Part shown: piece by piece, positions 9,573-18,567 of the stretch
How the letters are laid out: each line of letters opens with the position of its first letter
How positions within the stretch are numbered: the first letter of the stretch is position 1
Assembly (NCBI GenBank): GCA_038043425.1
Contig: JBBTBZ010000013.1
Span: forward strand, 6,197 to 70,196
DNA length: 64,000 bases
Reading direction: 5' to 3'
DNA from: Bacteroidota bacterium
GTDB taxonomy: Bacteria > Bacteroidota > Bacteroidia > Cytophagales > Cyclobacteriaceae
Notes under the pieces: model-generated
Database searches by the model: none
The model's input: only the letters and a program-made list of their open reading frames with translations
What the model was told of the DNA's origin: nothing
Made by a program: the position numbers and the translations under genes

Positions 9573-12143
9573 ATGACGACACGATACGACCAGGCAGTTT
9601 CTACACGGTACCATATCTACAATAGCCTTTTTCTAAATCTTCCTTTTAGGGAAATTTATCGCACCGGAACTTTGTTGCCTTTGCTTCAGCAGGATTGTGT
9701 GGATGGATTTGAAGAAGGTAAGAATCCAGCCCAAATCATCAATGAATTTTTTGCTGACTACGTACCCGAATCATCGAAAGATATACGATTTGAAATGCTT
9801 TTTCACTTTATTCAATATGTAGAACGGCAAGTTGTTCTTTTTGATTCATTAGAAGATGCTTCTTTTGAACAAATTAATGATCTGAAAGGAAAGGGAACAC
9901 TCTCAGCTTTATTACTTCAGGCATCCTCTGGAGATAACATACAAAATCTTAAAAAGAAATTAGAAAAATTTAGCGTACGAATCGTACTCACCGCCCACCC
10001 TACTCAATTTTATCCGGGTCCTGTACTGGCCATTATTACGGATCTCGAAGAAGCAATTCGAGAAAATAATGTAGATCATATTAATTTATTACTTCAGCAG
10101 CTAGGAAAAACAGCATTCTTTAAAAGGGAAAAGCCAACACCGTATGATGAAGCCATCAGCCTTTGCTGGTATTTAGAATTTGTTTTTTATAAGGCCATTC
10201 CTGCTATCCTTAAGCAGCTGGCCGATGGGTTAAGTACTGCCCTAATAGATTGGAAAAATAACCAACTTGTACGGATTGGCTTTTGGCCAGGTGGCGACCG
10301 TGATGGCAATCCTTTTGTTACGCATGACATTACTGTTAAAGTTGCCCAGCGTCTCCGCGAGACAATTCTTCGTTGTTACCATCGCGACTTACGTTTTCTA
10401 AAACGAAGATTAACCTTCAAGGGAGTTGATACACTGATTACGGAGGCGGAGCAACGCACGTATCAAACATTGGTTGGAGGAAAAAACGCCTATACGCAAA
10501 CTGGTGAATTGGAAGAACAACTTTTGCGAGCGAGGAAGATTCTCTTACAGGACCATGATGGCTTGTTTCTTGACTTACTGGATAATTTCATCGTGAAGAT
10601 TCGGGCATTCGGTTTTTACTTTGCTAGTTTAGATGTTAGGCAAGAAAGTAAAAAACACCACCAACTTTGGCAATACATAATCAGAATGCTCAGCGGAAAA
10701 AATTCAGGTATTACAGAAGCTGAATTTAATGAGCTTGATGAGAACGCCCAAGTTGAGTATTTATTGAAAGTCTCGGTCAATCCTGTTTTTCTGGATGTAG
10801 AAGAGCCCTTCATGGAGGAGATGATCAGGAGCTTCAAAGCCATTCAAACTATACAACAACTCAATGGCGAATTAGGTTGTCACCGGTATGTCATCAGCAA
10901 TTGCGGATCAGCACTTAACGTTATTGAGGTATTCAAATTGGCACAATTACTGGTTGGCAATGCCAATCATCTTCCCCTGGACATTGTTCCGCTTTTCGAA
11001 AGTATAGAAGACTTAGGCAACGCGCATGAAGTAATGCGCAACTTATATTCCATCCCCGCCTATCGCGATCATATTCATTCAAGGGATAATAAGCAAACGA
11101 TCATGTTGGGATTTTCAGACGGCACAAAAGACGGAGGCTATCTCCGGGCAAACTGGTCGATCTTCAGAGCCAAGGAAGAACTCACTCGAATTTCCAGAGA
11201 GTTTGGAATCATCGCACTATTCTTTGATGGACGTGGCGGACCGCCAGCACGTGGTGGTGGCAATACGCATGACTTCTACGCTTCACTTGGCAATACCATT
11301 GAAAATGAAGAAGTCCAAATTACTATACAAGGACAAACCATAAGCTCAAATTACGGAAAGGAAGTATCGTGTCGGTATAACCTGGAACAGTTGATCTCGG
11401 CTGGTGTGGAAAGCAGCGTCTTTCCGGAAAGAGCACACTCCTTTTCAACGGAAGAAAAAACATTGTTAGATGATCTTGCCAATGCAGGCTATGAAGCCTA
11501 CCTGACACTCAAACATGATCCTAAGTTTGTTCCTTATCTGGAAAAAGTCACACCTCTTCCTTTTTTCGGTGACACGAATATTGGCTCACGACCCGTAAAG
11601 CGCAGTCAAACAGAGGAATTAAAATTGGAAGATCTTCGCGCCATTCCATTTGTTGGTTCGTGGGCGCAAATGAAACAAAATATTCCCGGTTTCTTCGGTG
11701 TTGGATCGGCTATTGAAAAACTTAAAAAAAATAATCAATTGAACCAACTCAGGTTGCTATATCATGATTCACTTTTCTTCCGAACCCTGCTCGGCAATAG
11801 TATGATGTCGCTCACGAAATCATTTTACCCTGCCACCGCACACCTCGCAAATGATGCCGAGTTTGGTGGGATCTGGAATAAAATGTTTATGGAATTTAAA
11901 CTGTCAAAATCAGGGATTTTGGAAGCAAGTAATCTTCCGGAACTCATGGAGAACAATATATCTATTCGTGATTCCATTAAACTCAGGGAGCGAATTGTAC
12001 TTCCGCTAATAACGATTCAGCAATGCGCGTTACAACAATTACGAAATCCAACGGAGGAAAACAAAGTCTTTGAAAAACAGTACAAGACACTTGCGCTGAG
12101 ATGTATGTTTGGAATCATTAATGCAGCCAGGAATTCTGCTTAA
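9573..12143 (+). CDS. ppc: Phosphoenolpyruvate carboxylase
   Basis: 856 aa with VLTAHPTQ, GFSDGTKDGGYL and FDGRGGPPARGGGNTH, the hallmark PEPC motifs. Confidence 0.95.
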   Translation: MTTRYDQAVSTRYHIYNSLFLNLPFREIYRTGTLLPLLQQDCVDGFEEGKNPAQIINEFFADYVPESSKDIRFEMLFHFIQYVERQVVLFDSLEDASFEQINDLKGKGTLSALLLQASSGDNIQNLKKKLEKFSVRIVLTAHPTQFYPGPVLAIITDLEEAIRENNVDHINLLLQQLGKTAFFKREKPTPYDEAISLCWYLEFVFYKAIPAILKQLADGLSTALIDWKNNQLVRIGFWPGGDRDGNPFVTHDITVKVAQRLRETILRCYHRDLRFLKRRLTFKGVDTLITEAEQRTYQTLVGGKNAYTQTGELEEQLLRARKILLQDHDGLFLDLLDNFIVKIRAFGFYFASLDVRQESKKHHQLWQYIIRMLSGKNSGITEAEFNELDENAQVEYLLKVSVNPVFLDVEEPFMEEMIRSFKAIQTIQQLNGELGCHRYVISNCGSALNVIEVFKLAQLLVGNANHLPLDIVPLFESIEDLGNAHEVMRNLYSIPAYRDHIHSRDNKQTIMLGFSDGTKDGGYLRANWSIFRAKEELTRISREFGIIALFFDGRGGPPARGGGNTHDFYASLGNTIENEEVQITIQGQTISSNYGKEVSCRYNLEQLISAGVESSVFPERAHSFSTEEKTLLDDLANAGYEAYLTLKHDPKFVPYLEKVTPLPFFGDTNIGSRPVKRSQTEELKLEDLRAIPFVGSWAQMKQNIPGFFGVGSAIEKLKKNNQLNQLRLLYHDSLFFRTLLGNSMMSLTKSFYPATAHLANDAEFGGIWNKMFMEFKLSKSGILEASNLPELMENNISIRDSIKLRERIVLPLITIQQCALQQLRNPTEENKVFEKQYKTLALRCMFGIINAARNSA

Positions 12144-12214
12144 AAAAAGCAGATCATACCTTCGATGTCAATTATGCTAAAGCAACTTGCTCTGAGCAAC
12201 ACCTGGACTTTGTT

Positions 12215-12745
12215 TTAGAAACTAAACTCATGTAGGAGCAATCCAGACGCAATCAATCCAGTAACGCTTGGGATGGACTGAAATTTTCCGTTAACTAATG
12301 TATAGCCGATAGTATTCCTTGTTTCAGGATCAACCATCCAATACTCTTTTATGCCACTACGCTCATACACGTCTTTCTTACTCGTCATATCATAATTCCG
12401 ATTTGATGGAGAAAGTACTTCAAGCACAAGATCAGGAGCGCCATGCAATCCGTCTTCCTGAATCAAGTGAACATTCTGCTTCGCTACAAAAACAAGGTCA
12501 GGCTGAAATGCATTTTTAGTATCCAGATAAACATCATATGGTGAAAACCGCACTTCACCAAGGTCATGATCCTCCACAAAATCCCCAATCAATCGGTACA
12601 ATTTTCCAAGAATCTTTTGATGACCGTCTAAAGATGCAGGAGACATAATTAAATTATTTTCAATTAATTGAATGAGAGTCCCTTCAGGGAGACTTTTATA
12701 TACCTCAAGGAGCGTGCGTGGTGGAGTTTCAATAATAGTTTGCAT
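12215..12745 (-). CDS. Uma2 (DUF820) family PD-(D/E)xK endonuclease-like protein
   Basis: Core FQPDLVFV...GAPDLVLEVLSPSN...KKDVYERSGIKEYWMVD is typical of Uma2. Confidence 0.75.
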   Translation of the reverse strand: MQTIIETPPRTLLEVYKSLPEGTLIQLIENNLIMSPASLDGHQKILGKLYRLIGDFVEDHDLGEVRFSPYDVYLDTKNAFQPDLVFVAKQNVHLIQEDGLHGAPDLVLEVLSPSNRNYDMTSKKDVYERSGIKEYWMVDPETRNTIGYTLVNGKFQSIPSVTGLIASGLLLHEFSF

Positions 12746-12787
12746 AACTGGTTCAAAAGTTGGGTAAAGTTACTGAAAAAATTCCAG

Positions 12788-15358
12788 TTACCCCTCCTTT
12801 CGAAGCACCTGCAAAGGAGGAGTTGTTATTACTTCTCGTGAATTTAAATACCCAATAAAAACAGTAAGCATCACAACTCCTGCACCAATTAGACTCAATT
12901 CTTTCTCATCAAATGAAAAGGTAATCTCAAAGAAAAATTTCGTTAGCACCCAACCTGAAAGCAGTGACAAAATGATTCCGGTCAACGCTGAGAACAAACC
13001 CAGGTAGGTATACTCAATCAATGTAATTTTAGTAAGTTGACTTGTACGTGCACCAATAGTTCGAAGCAAAACATTCTCCTTGATGCGAACAAATTTGCTA
13101 TTGAGTACTGCCCCAGCTAAGACAACAAGCCCTGTAATAATGCTAAACATGGCTAGGAAGCGGATGACTAATCCAATTTTACTGAATAGCTCATTCACGG
13201 TGCTTAACACCAATCTTAAATCAATTAAAGAAACATTCGGATAACTTATCACTAACTCTTGCTGAAACTTGTTTGCAATACTATTGTCGTTCGCACGGGT
13301 TGCGGCCACCCAAATTTGCGGAGCATTATCCAATACCCCTTTAGGAAATACAAAAATAAAATTGGGAGGATCTTTCGGCCAATCCACTTTGCGGATTCCA
13401 CTTATATAGGCCTTCACCGGCACACCCTGTACATCAAAAGTCAGTGAATCACCTATGTCAACCTGCAACGTCTCCTGAAAGCCCTCTGAGATGCTAACCC
13501 AAACGGAATCCTTCTGACCTGGTTTACGGGTATGCAATTCACCCTTGATCAGTTCTTCCGACACGTGAAGGCTGTCGCGATAGGTGACGCGGTATTCCCG
13601 GGTAAGCGCCCAGTTTGGAATTTCATCGCCCGCATCATTTTGTAAAAATTCAATAGTCTTCCCCTTCACTTCACTTAGCCTGCACGTGATGATGGGTACA
13701 ACCTGATTTACAGGAAGTTTATTATCCTCGAGCAAATTTATCACTCCGTCTTTTTGCGCAGGTTGAATATCAAACAAAATGGTATTGGATTGATTTTCTC
13801 CACCCGTAAACTCCACCTGACTGAGCAGGCTGCTCTGAATGATGTTTAGTGTAGATATGATAAAGGCACCAAGACCAATAGACACCATCAAAACGCGTGT
13901 TTGATTATTGGGTCTGAATAAATTTGAGAGGGCATGACGAAAAATAAAATTTGAGTTCTTTGGAAAAAATCGTCTTACCAAAAAAAGTAAAAGCATGGCA
14001 ACAAGAGTCAGACACCCCAGGGCAACAGCCAATCCTACCGCAAACAATGCACCTATCAAAATACTACCGGTTTGATATGCAGCCGACAGTATTGGAAAAA
14101 GGATGATAAGAATAATCGCTGCAATTTTTGTCCTTGAGAAAATTCTTCCCGGCTCAAAGTCCGCCCGAAGTACAGTAAGGGGCGGCACAAACCGGACGGA
14201 AACTAATGGAAGAACGGTAAATAAAACTGAGATCACCACACCCAAAAACAGACCTTCCATGACGGCAACCCAAGAAATAGAAAACTGCAAATCAACTGGA
14301 ATAAACTCATCGAACACTGCTGGTACGATCTGTTGAATAGCCACACCAAGGACTGAACCGATGACGCTCCCAGCCACCCCCAATACAAAAACCTGAATAA
14401 AATATATATTAAATGCTTGCCACCCGGAAGAACCAACACACCGCAATACCGCTACCTCGTCACGTTTCTCACGAGCATAAATATGAACAGAACTGGCAAC
14501 ACCAATACATCCCAAAATCAACGCCACGAAAGCCAGCAGCGAAAAAAACCGATAGACGGATTTAAAACCTTCACCCAAGCCCTCCCTTCTTCCTTCAACC
14601 GTCTCGTACCAATGCCCATACTTCTTTAGAATTGGTCCTAATTTCTTAGCTGCCAGTTCCGCTTCTTTATCCGTTATGGTTTTAAAAAACTGGTGATACG
14701 TTACCCTGCTTCCATACTGCACAAGTCCTGTCGAATCTAGTTCGTTCTGCGCTATATACACTGATGGTGTAAAGGTAGCCGTTATCCCTCCGCCACCAGG
14801 GATCTTTAAAACTACGCCTGCAATCTTAAAAATAGTATTACCAACTTTCACTGAATCGTCTGAACTCACCTCAAACTGCCTCGCCAAAGCATCGTCCAAC
14901 ATGACATATCTGCCTGATTTCATTTTGGAATATGCATCAGAAGGTTGTGTCTCCAGCTTTCCGTAAAAAGGAAAATTTCCCTCTATCGAAACTACCCTGA
15001 CAAGACGCGACTGTCGGGTATTCATAAACATCACCATGGAGGCCATTTCTGCCTGTGATGCTTGTTCAAATTTTAATGAATCAAATTCAGCATTCACTTC
15101 AGGTTCAAATTTTTTATTACCGTTGGCCACAAGGTCTGCTCCCAGAAGTTCCTTTGCATTTCGGTCCAGATCATCCTGCAAGGAATTATTAAGGGAGCCA
15201 ATCGCGACTACGGCTGCGATTCCGGTTATTAAGGAAGCGGTGAAAAGAAAAAGACGGGAGAAATTATGACGTGCATCCCGCCAGGCCATTAGCCACACCC
15301 ACCGATCTTTGAAAATAGAGCGGGTCTCTCTTTTGATCCTAATAAAGTATTCAATCAT
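12788..15358 (-). CDS. ABC transporter permease with duplicated FtsX domains (YbbP-like)
   Basis: 856 aa with two blocks of 4 TM helices separated by large extracytoplasmic domains. ATGA overlap with the upstream ATPase gene. Confidence 0.85.
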   Translation of the reverse strand: MIEYFIRIKRETRSIFKDRWVWLMAWRDARHNFSRLFLFTASLITGIAAVVAIGSLNNSLQDDLDRNAKELLGADLVANGNKKFEPEVNAEFDSLKFEQASQAEMASMVMFMNTRQSRLVRVVSIEGNFPFYGKLETQPSDAYSKMKSGRYVMLDDALARQFEVSSDDSVKVGNTIFKIAGVVLKIPGGGGITATFTPSVYIAQNELDSTGLVQYGSRVTYHQFFKTITDKEAELAAKKLGPILKKYGHWYETVEGRREGLGEGFKSVYRFFSLLAFVALILGCIGVASSVHIYAREKRDEVAVLRCVGSSGWQAFNIYFIQVFVLGVAGSVIGSVLGVAIQQIVPAVFDEFIPVDLQFSISWVAVMEGLFLGVVISVLFTVLPLVSVRFVPPLTVLRADFEPGRIFSRTKIAAIILIILFPILSAAYQTGSILIGALFAVGLAVALGCLTLVAMLLLFLVRRFFPKNSNFIFRHALSNLFRPNNQTRVLMVSIGLGAFIISTLNIIQSSLLSQVEFTGGENQSNTILFDIQPAQKDGVINLLEDNKLPVNQVVPIITCRLSEVKGKTIEFLQNDAGDEIPNWALTREYRVTYRDSLHVSEELIKGELHTRKPGQKDSVWVSISEGFQETLQVDIGDSLTFDVQGVPVKAYISGIRKVDWPKDPPNFIFVFPKGVLDNAPQIWVAATRANDNSIANKFQQELVISYPNVSLIDLRLVLSTVNELFSKIGLVIRFLAMFSIITGLVVLAGAVLNSKFVRIKENVLLRTIGARTSQLTKITLIEYTYLGLFSALTGIILSLLSGWVLTKFFFEITFSFDEKELSLIGAGVVMLTVFIGYLNSREVITTPPLQVLRKEG

Positions 15359-16047
15359 ACCAAGCTCGTGATTTTGTCTCCAATCACTTTTCCTCCTCTC
15401 ATCTGCAGGATTCTCTCTGTGCGTTGCGCCAATTCCAAATTGTGCGTAACCAAAATGAGTGTTGTTTTCTGCTCACGGTTCATACCAAACAACAGATCGG
15501 TAATGTGACTTGCATTTTCTTCATCAAGGTTCCCTGTTGGTTCATCAGCAAAAAGGATTTTGGGCGCTGTAATAAACGCCCGCGCTATGGCCACACGTTG
15601 TTGCTCGCCTCCTGATAGTTGGGAGGGATAGTGCTGTAAGCGGTCTTCTAAACCAACCCTATTAAGTAACTCTTTTGCTTTTCTCGCCACATTTCGCTCT
15701 CCCCGAAGTTCGAGCGGTACCATTACATTTTCCAAGGCGGTGAGTGTTGAGAGTAATTGGAAATTTTGAAATATAAAACCAACAAACCGGTTACGCATAT
15801 AAGCGCGGTCATCTTCATCCATTGCATTCAATTTGAAGCTCATGAGTGAGATGGTTCCTGTTGTAGGTACATCCAATCCGGCACAAAGCCCCAATAAGGT
15901 TGTTTTGCCGCTTCCAGATGGTCCAATAATGGAAAGACTGGTCCCTTGTTCTACACTAAAACTTACCTGATCAAGGACTGTAAGTTTCCGATCTCCTGAT
16001 GAGTATATTTTTGTCAGGCCTTCCGACTGTAGTACAATTTCTGCCAT
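15355..16047 (-). CDS. ABC transporter ATP-binding protein (YbbA/LolD-like)
   Basis: Walker [10 protein letters not shown], signature LSGGEQQRV, Walker B ILFADEPT. Confidence 0.9.
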   Translation of the reverse strand: MAEIVLQSEGLTKIYSSGDRKLTVLDQVSFSVEQGTSLSIIGPSGSGKTTLLGLCAGLDVPTTGTISLMSFKLNAMDEDDRAYMRNRFVGFIFQNFQLLSTLTALENVMVPLELRGERNVARKAKELLNRVGLEDRLQHYPSQLSGGEQQRVAIARAFITAPKILFADEPTGNLDEENASHITDLLFGMNREQKTTLILVTHNLELAQRTERILQMRGGKVIGDKITSLV

Positions 16048-16129
16048 AGTATTCCTTTAACTGTTCAAGAAATAAATCGTTAATTACCAAAAATTGTTTC
16101 AAAATAAATCATTTACTCCAGCTACTTTT

Positions 16130-16738
16130 ATGATTGTCGTGAAATACCTGCTGATTATTGCATTTACCATCACTCTCCAAACTCCACAAAAGAAAGTGAT
16201 CCTGTTTTTTGGAGATAGCCTAACAGCAGGTTATGGGTTATCTATAGAAGAAGCTTTCCCGGCCCTTGCCGAAAAGCACCTCAACAAATCTGGTAAAACG
16301 GTGAAGGCGGTGAATGCCGGTTTAAGTGGTGAGACATCTGCCGGGGGGCTAACCCGTATTGATTGGATATTGCGCCAGCCCATTGATATTTTTGTTTTAG
16401 AACTTGGTGCTAACGATGGATTGCGCGGTTTGCCGCTCGACCAGACCCGAAAGAATCTTCAGGCCATTATTGACAAAGTGAGAATTAAATATCCCAACGT
16501 AAAATTTGTTTTGGCTGGGATGATGGTGCCGCCCAATATGGGAAAGGAATATACAACTGAATTTAAGAAGATTTATCCCGACCTCGCCAAAAAGAACAAG
16601 GCGACATTAATTCCTTTCTTACTTGAAGGCGTTGGTGGAAACGAAAAGCTTAACCAGGCAGATGGAATACATCCCAATGTGGAAGGGCACAAGATCGTAG
16701 CAGGGAATATTTCAAAAATCCTGAAGACACTTCTATAA
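16130..16738 (+). CDS. tesA: SGNH/GDSL arylesterase-thioesterase (TesA-like)
   Basis: FGDSLTAGYG, GANDG and DGIHPN blocks. Divergent from the ybbA/ybbP-like pair, as in E. coli. ATG 16130 is preferred over the track's TTG 16094. Confidence 0.75.
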   Translation: MIVVKYLLIIAFTITLQTPQKKVILFFGDSLTAGYGLSIEEAFPALAEKHLNKSGKTVKAVNAGLSGETSAGGLTRIDWILRQPIDIFVLELGANDGLRGLPLDQTRKNLQAIIDKVRIKYPNVKFVLAGMMVPPNMGKEYTTEFKKIYPDLAKKNKATLIPFLLEGVGGNEKLNQADGIHPNVEGHKIVAGNISKILKTLL

Positions 16739-16770
16739 TCGGTGATTGGTAATCGGGTAGGTGAGTGATA

Positions 16771-17451
16771 TTACCTCTTACCTGTTAATTCCATCATAAT
16801 TCTGTCGACCCAAAGCGTGTACATCTTGCCTGAAGGATGCAATCCATCGCTCGCCACAAGTTCAGGTTGTTCCAGGCCTTTTCGTGAAATATCAGTTATA
16901 GAAAAATAGTTGACACCAAGTCTTTTGGTAATGTTCTTATTGATGTAATTAAACTGATCCAGTGCTTTTGATATCTCAGGTTGTTTTAATTTACCAAATG
17001 GAGTATAACCATAGTCCGGGATAGAGACCACAAATACATTATCCCGTTTTCCTTTTGCAAGTTGAATGGCTGTCTGTAACAAATCTTCAAAGTCAATAGC
17101 ATATTGATCCGTTGATTTGCCCTGATATTGATTATTGACTCCAATCAACAACGAAACCAGATCGTATTCATTATTGAGTTGTGCCTTATCAATCGTATCT
17201 TTGAGATTATCCGCTCGCCAGCCTGTTCTGGCAATGATTACAGGATCACCTATTGTCTGACCTTTTTCCCTCAAAGCTTTAGCAAGCTGAACAGGCCATC
17301 GTTCATTTTCGCCAACGCTTTCACCTATGGTATACGAATCGCCTAAGGCAAGGTACTTTCCTTCTGTTTGAAAAACTTCTTCTGTTGGAAAAACGGACAT
17401 CAACCAAACAAACGCCAGCGGTTGAAAAGTTAAATAGAATACCCCAATCAA
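16771..17451 (-). CDS. SGNH/GDSL hydrolase family protein
   Basis: LGDSYTIGE, GVNNQ and DGLHPS blocks. TTG start overlaps the upstream stop (TTGA). Confidence 0.7.
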   Translation of the reverse strand: MIGVFYLTFQPLAFVWLMSVFPTEEVFQTEGKYLALGDSYTIGESVGENERWPVQLAKALREKGQTIGDPVIIARTGWRADNLKDTIDKAQLNNEYDLVSLLIGVNNQYQGKSTDQYAIDFEDLLQTAIQLAKGKRDNVFVVSIPDYGYTPFGKLKQPEISKALDQFNYINKNITKRLGVNYFSITDISRKGLEQPELVASDGLHPSGKMYTLWVDRIMMELTGKR

Positions 17452-17969
17452 TTTTTATTAAAAGTAAAGGTGTCAACGATTGAAGTCCCATCAAACGTGT
17501 GCGTCATCTTAATTTTCAAGATAGAATCAGAAAGCTCAATCACCTCACCCGGGTATGGAAAAATGGAGCTAAACGGAAAAGCAGTTTGGCTTGAAGTCAA
17601 TACCTCATTCACGAAGACCAGCATGGTTCCGTCCAAAGTAAATGCCCAAGTTCCTTTTTCAACAACTGAAGCGTCTAAAGGGTCGCATTTTGTTGATCCC
17701 TCTGATTCCTCATAGTCCTGGGCCGCATTATTTGAGAATTTGTAAATATTATCACTTGCGCATCCAAAAAGGGTCAATGTTTCGTCTGCTCCTGTACCTA
17801 CTTTCTCAGTAAAGGTGACCAACTTCCAGGATTTGCTTTGGCCAACATCCCCTGCCAATAGAGCGGCTTTTACTTCTGCCTGCAATGGCACAGGATCATC
17901 TTCCTTGCAGCCTGAAATAAATTCGAAGACGATTAAAAGAACAGAAAGTGTCAAACCATATTGCCTCAT
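17448..17969 (-). CDS. Hypothetical lipoprotein (lipocalin-like size)
   Basis: MRQYGLTLSVLLIVFEFISGC lipobox; beta-rich sequence of 173 aa. Confidence 0.5.
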   Translation of the reverse strand: MRQYGLTLSVLLIVFEFISGCKEDDPVPLQAEVKAALLAGDVGQSKSWKLVTFTEKVGTGADETLTLFGCASDNIYKFSNNAAQDYEESEGSTKCDPLDASVVEKGTWAFTLDGTMLVFVNEVLTSSQTAFPFSSIFPYPGEVIELSDSILKIKMTHTFDGTSIVDTFTFNKN

Positions 17970-18170
17970 ATTGTAAATATTTTATTAATTAAAGATGTCA
18001 TTTTATTTTAACAAAACCCGTGTAAACCATTGAATTATTTCTTGTCATTTTTCATCTCTACTAAGTACAAGCAAGTATTAAATTCAAAATACTTCTTTCC
18101 ATCAAACAAGACCCGATTAATTTAAACAGAGAAAAAAACCAGCACTGGCCTGTGTGTTGTAGGCGCAGTT

Positions 18171-18194
18171 TGGCGGAGAGAGGGATTTGTATCC
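18171..18194 (-). other. tRNA-Ser 3'-end-like fragment (possible integration scar)
   Basis: The minus strand reads GGATACAAATCCCTCTCTCCGCCA. It has a T-loop tail, the acceptor 3' strand TCTCTCC, discriminator G and CCA. No D arm, anticodon arm or 5' acceptor strand is found upstream. Confidence 0.3.
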
Positions 18195-18567
18195 TATCTC
18201 TAAATAGTTGATTCACAGACTTTGGGTGATTTCGAAATTCAAACTGCACCGAGTCTGATGCTCTTCTTTTTCGAGGTGGGTTTTGATCCTCCTGAGCAAT
18301 GACCGTCCATAACGCTCGCCACTCCGTGATACGCTGGATGTCTTTTGTGAAGATAGTTATCCTTTCGATTCTTATATTCGATACTCATACACTACGAAAA
18401 GCGAGTACCCCACCTATTTTTTAGCTTTCAATTCCTGACGTCATGTTTGAACCAGGTTCGAATATTGCCTGAGGAGATATTGAAGGTAGAACTCTTAAAA
18501 ATCTATCAACAAGGTTCTTTATCATAGAAATTAGTTAAGAGTCAACATGGTATTTGATCGTATTTCC

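Noticed and set aside
18171-18560. tmRNA or complete tRNA ending at 18171, and a cobalamin riboswitch (GCCACT at ~18308) near the B12-dependent RNR
   Set aside because: No 5' acceptor strand (GGAGAGA), D arm, anticodon arm or proper T stem is found upstream of the fragment. No tag-peptide reading frame ending in ALAA-type codons and no tmRNA-type GGGGxxGA 5' end is present. The GCCACT match lies downstream of the RNR stop and, on the + strand, has no gene to regulate. The other conserved B12-riboswitch blocks are not visible.
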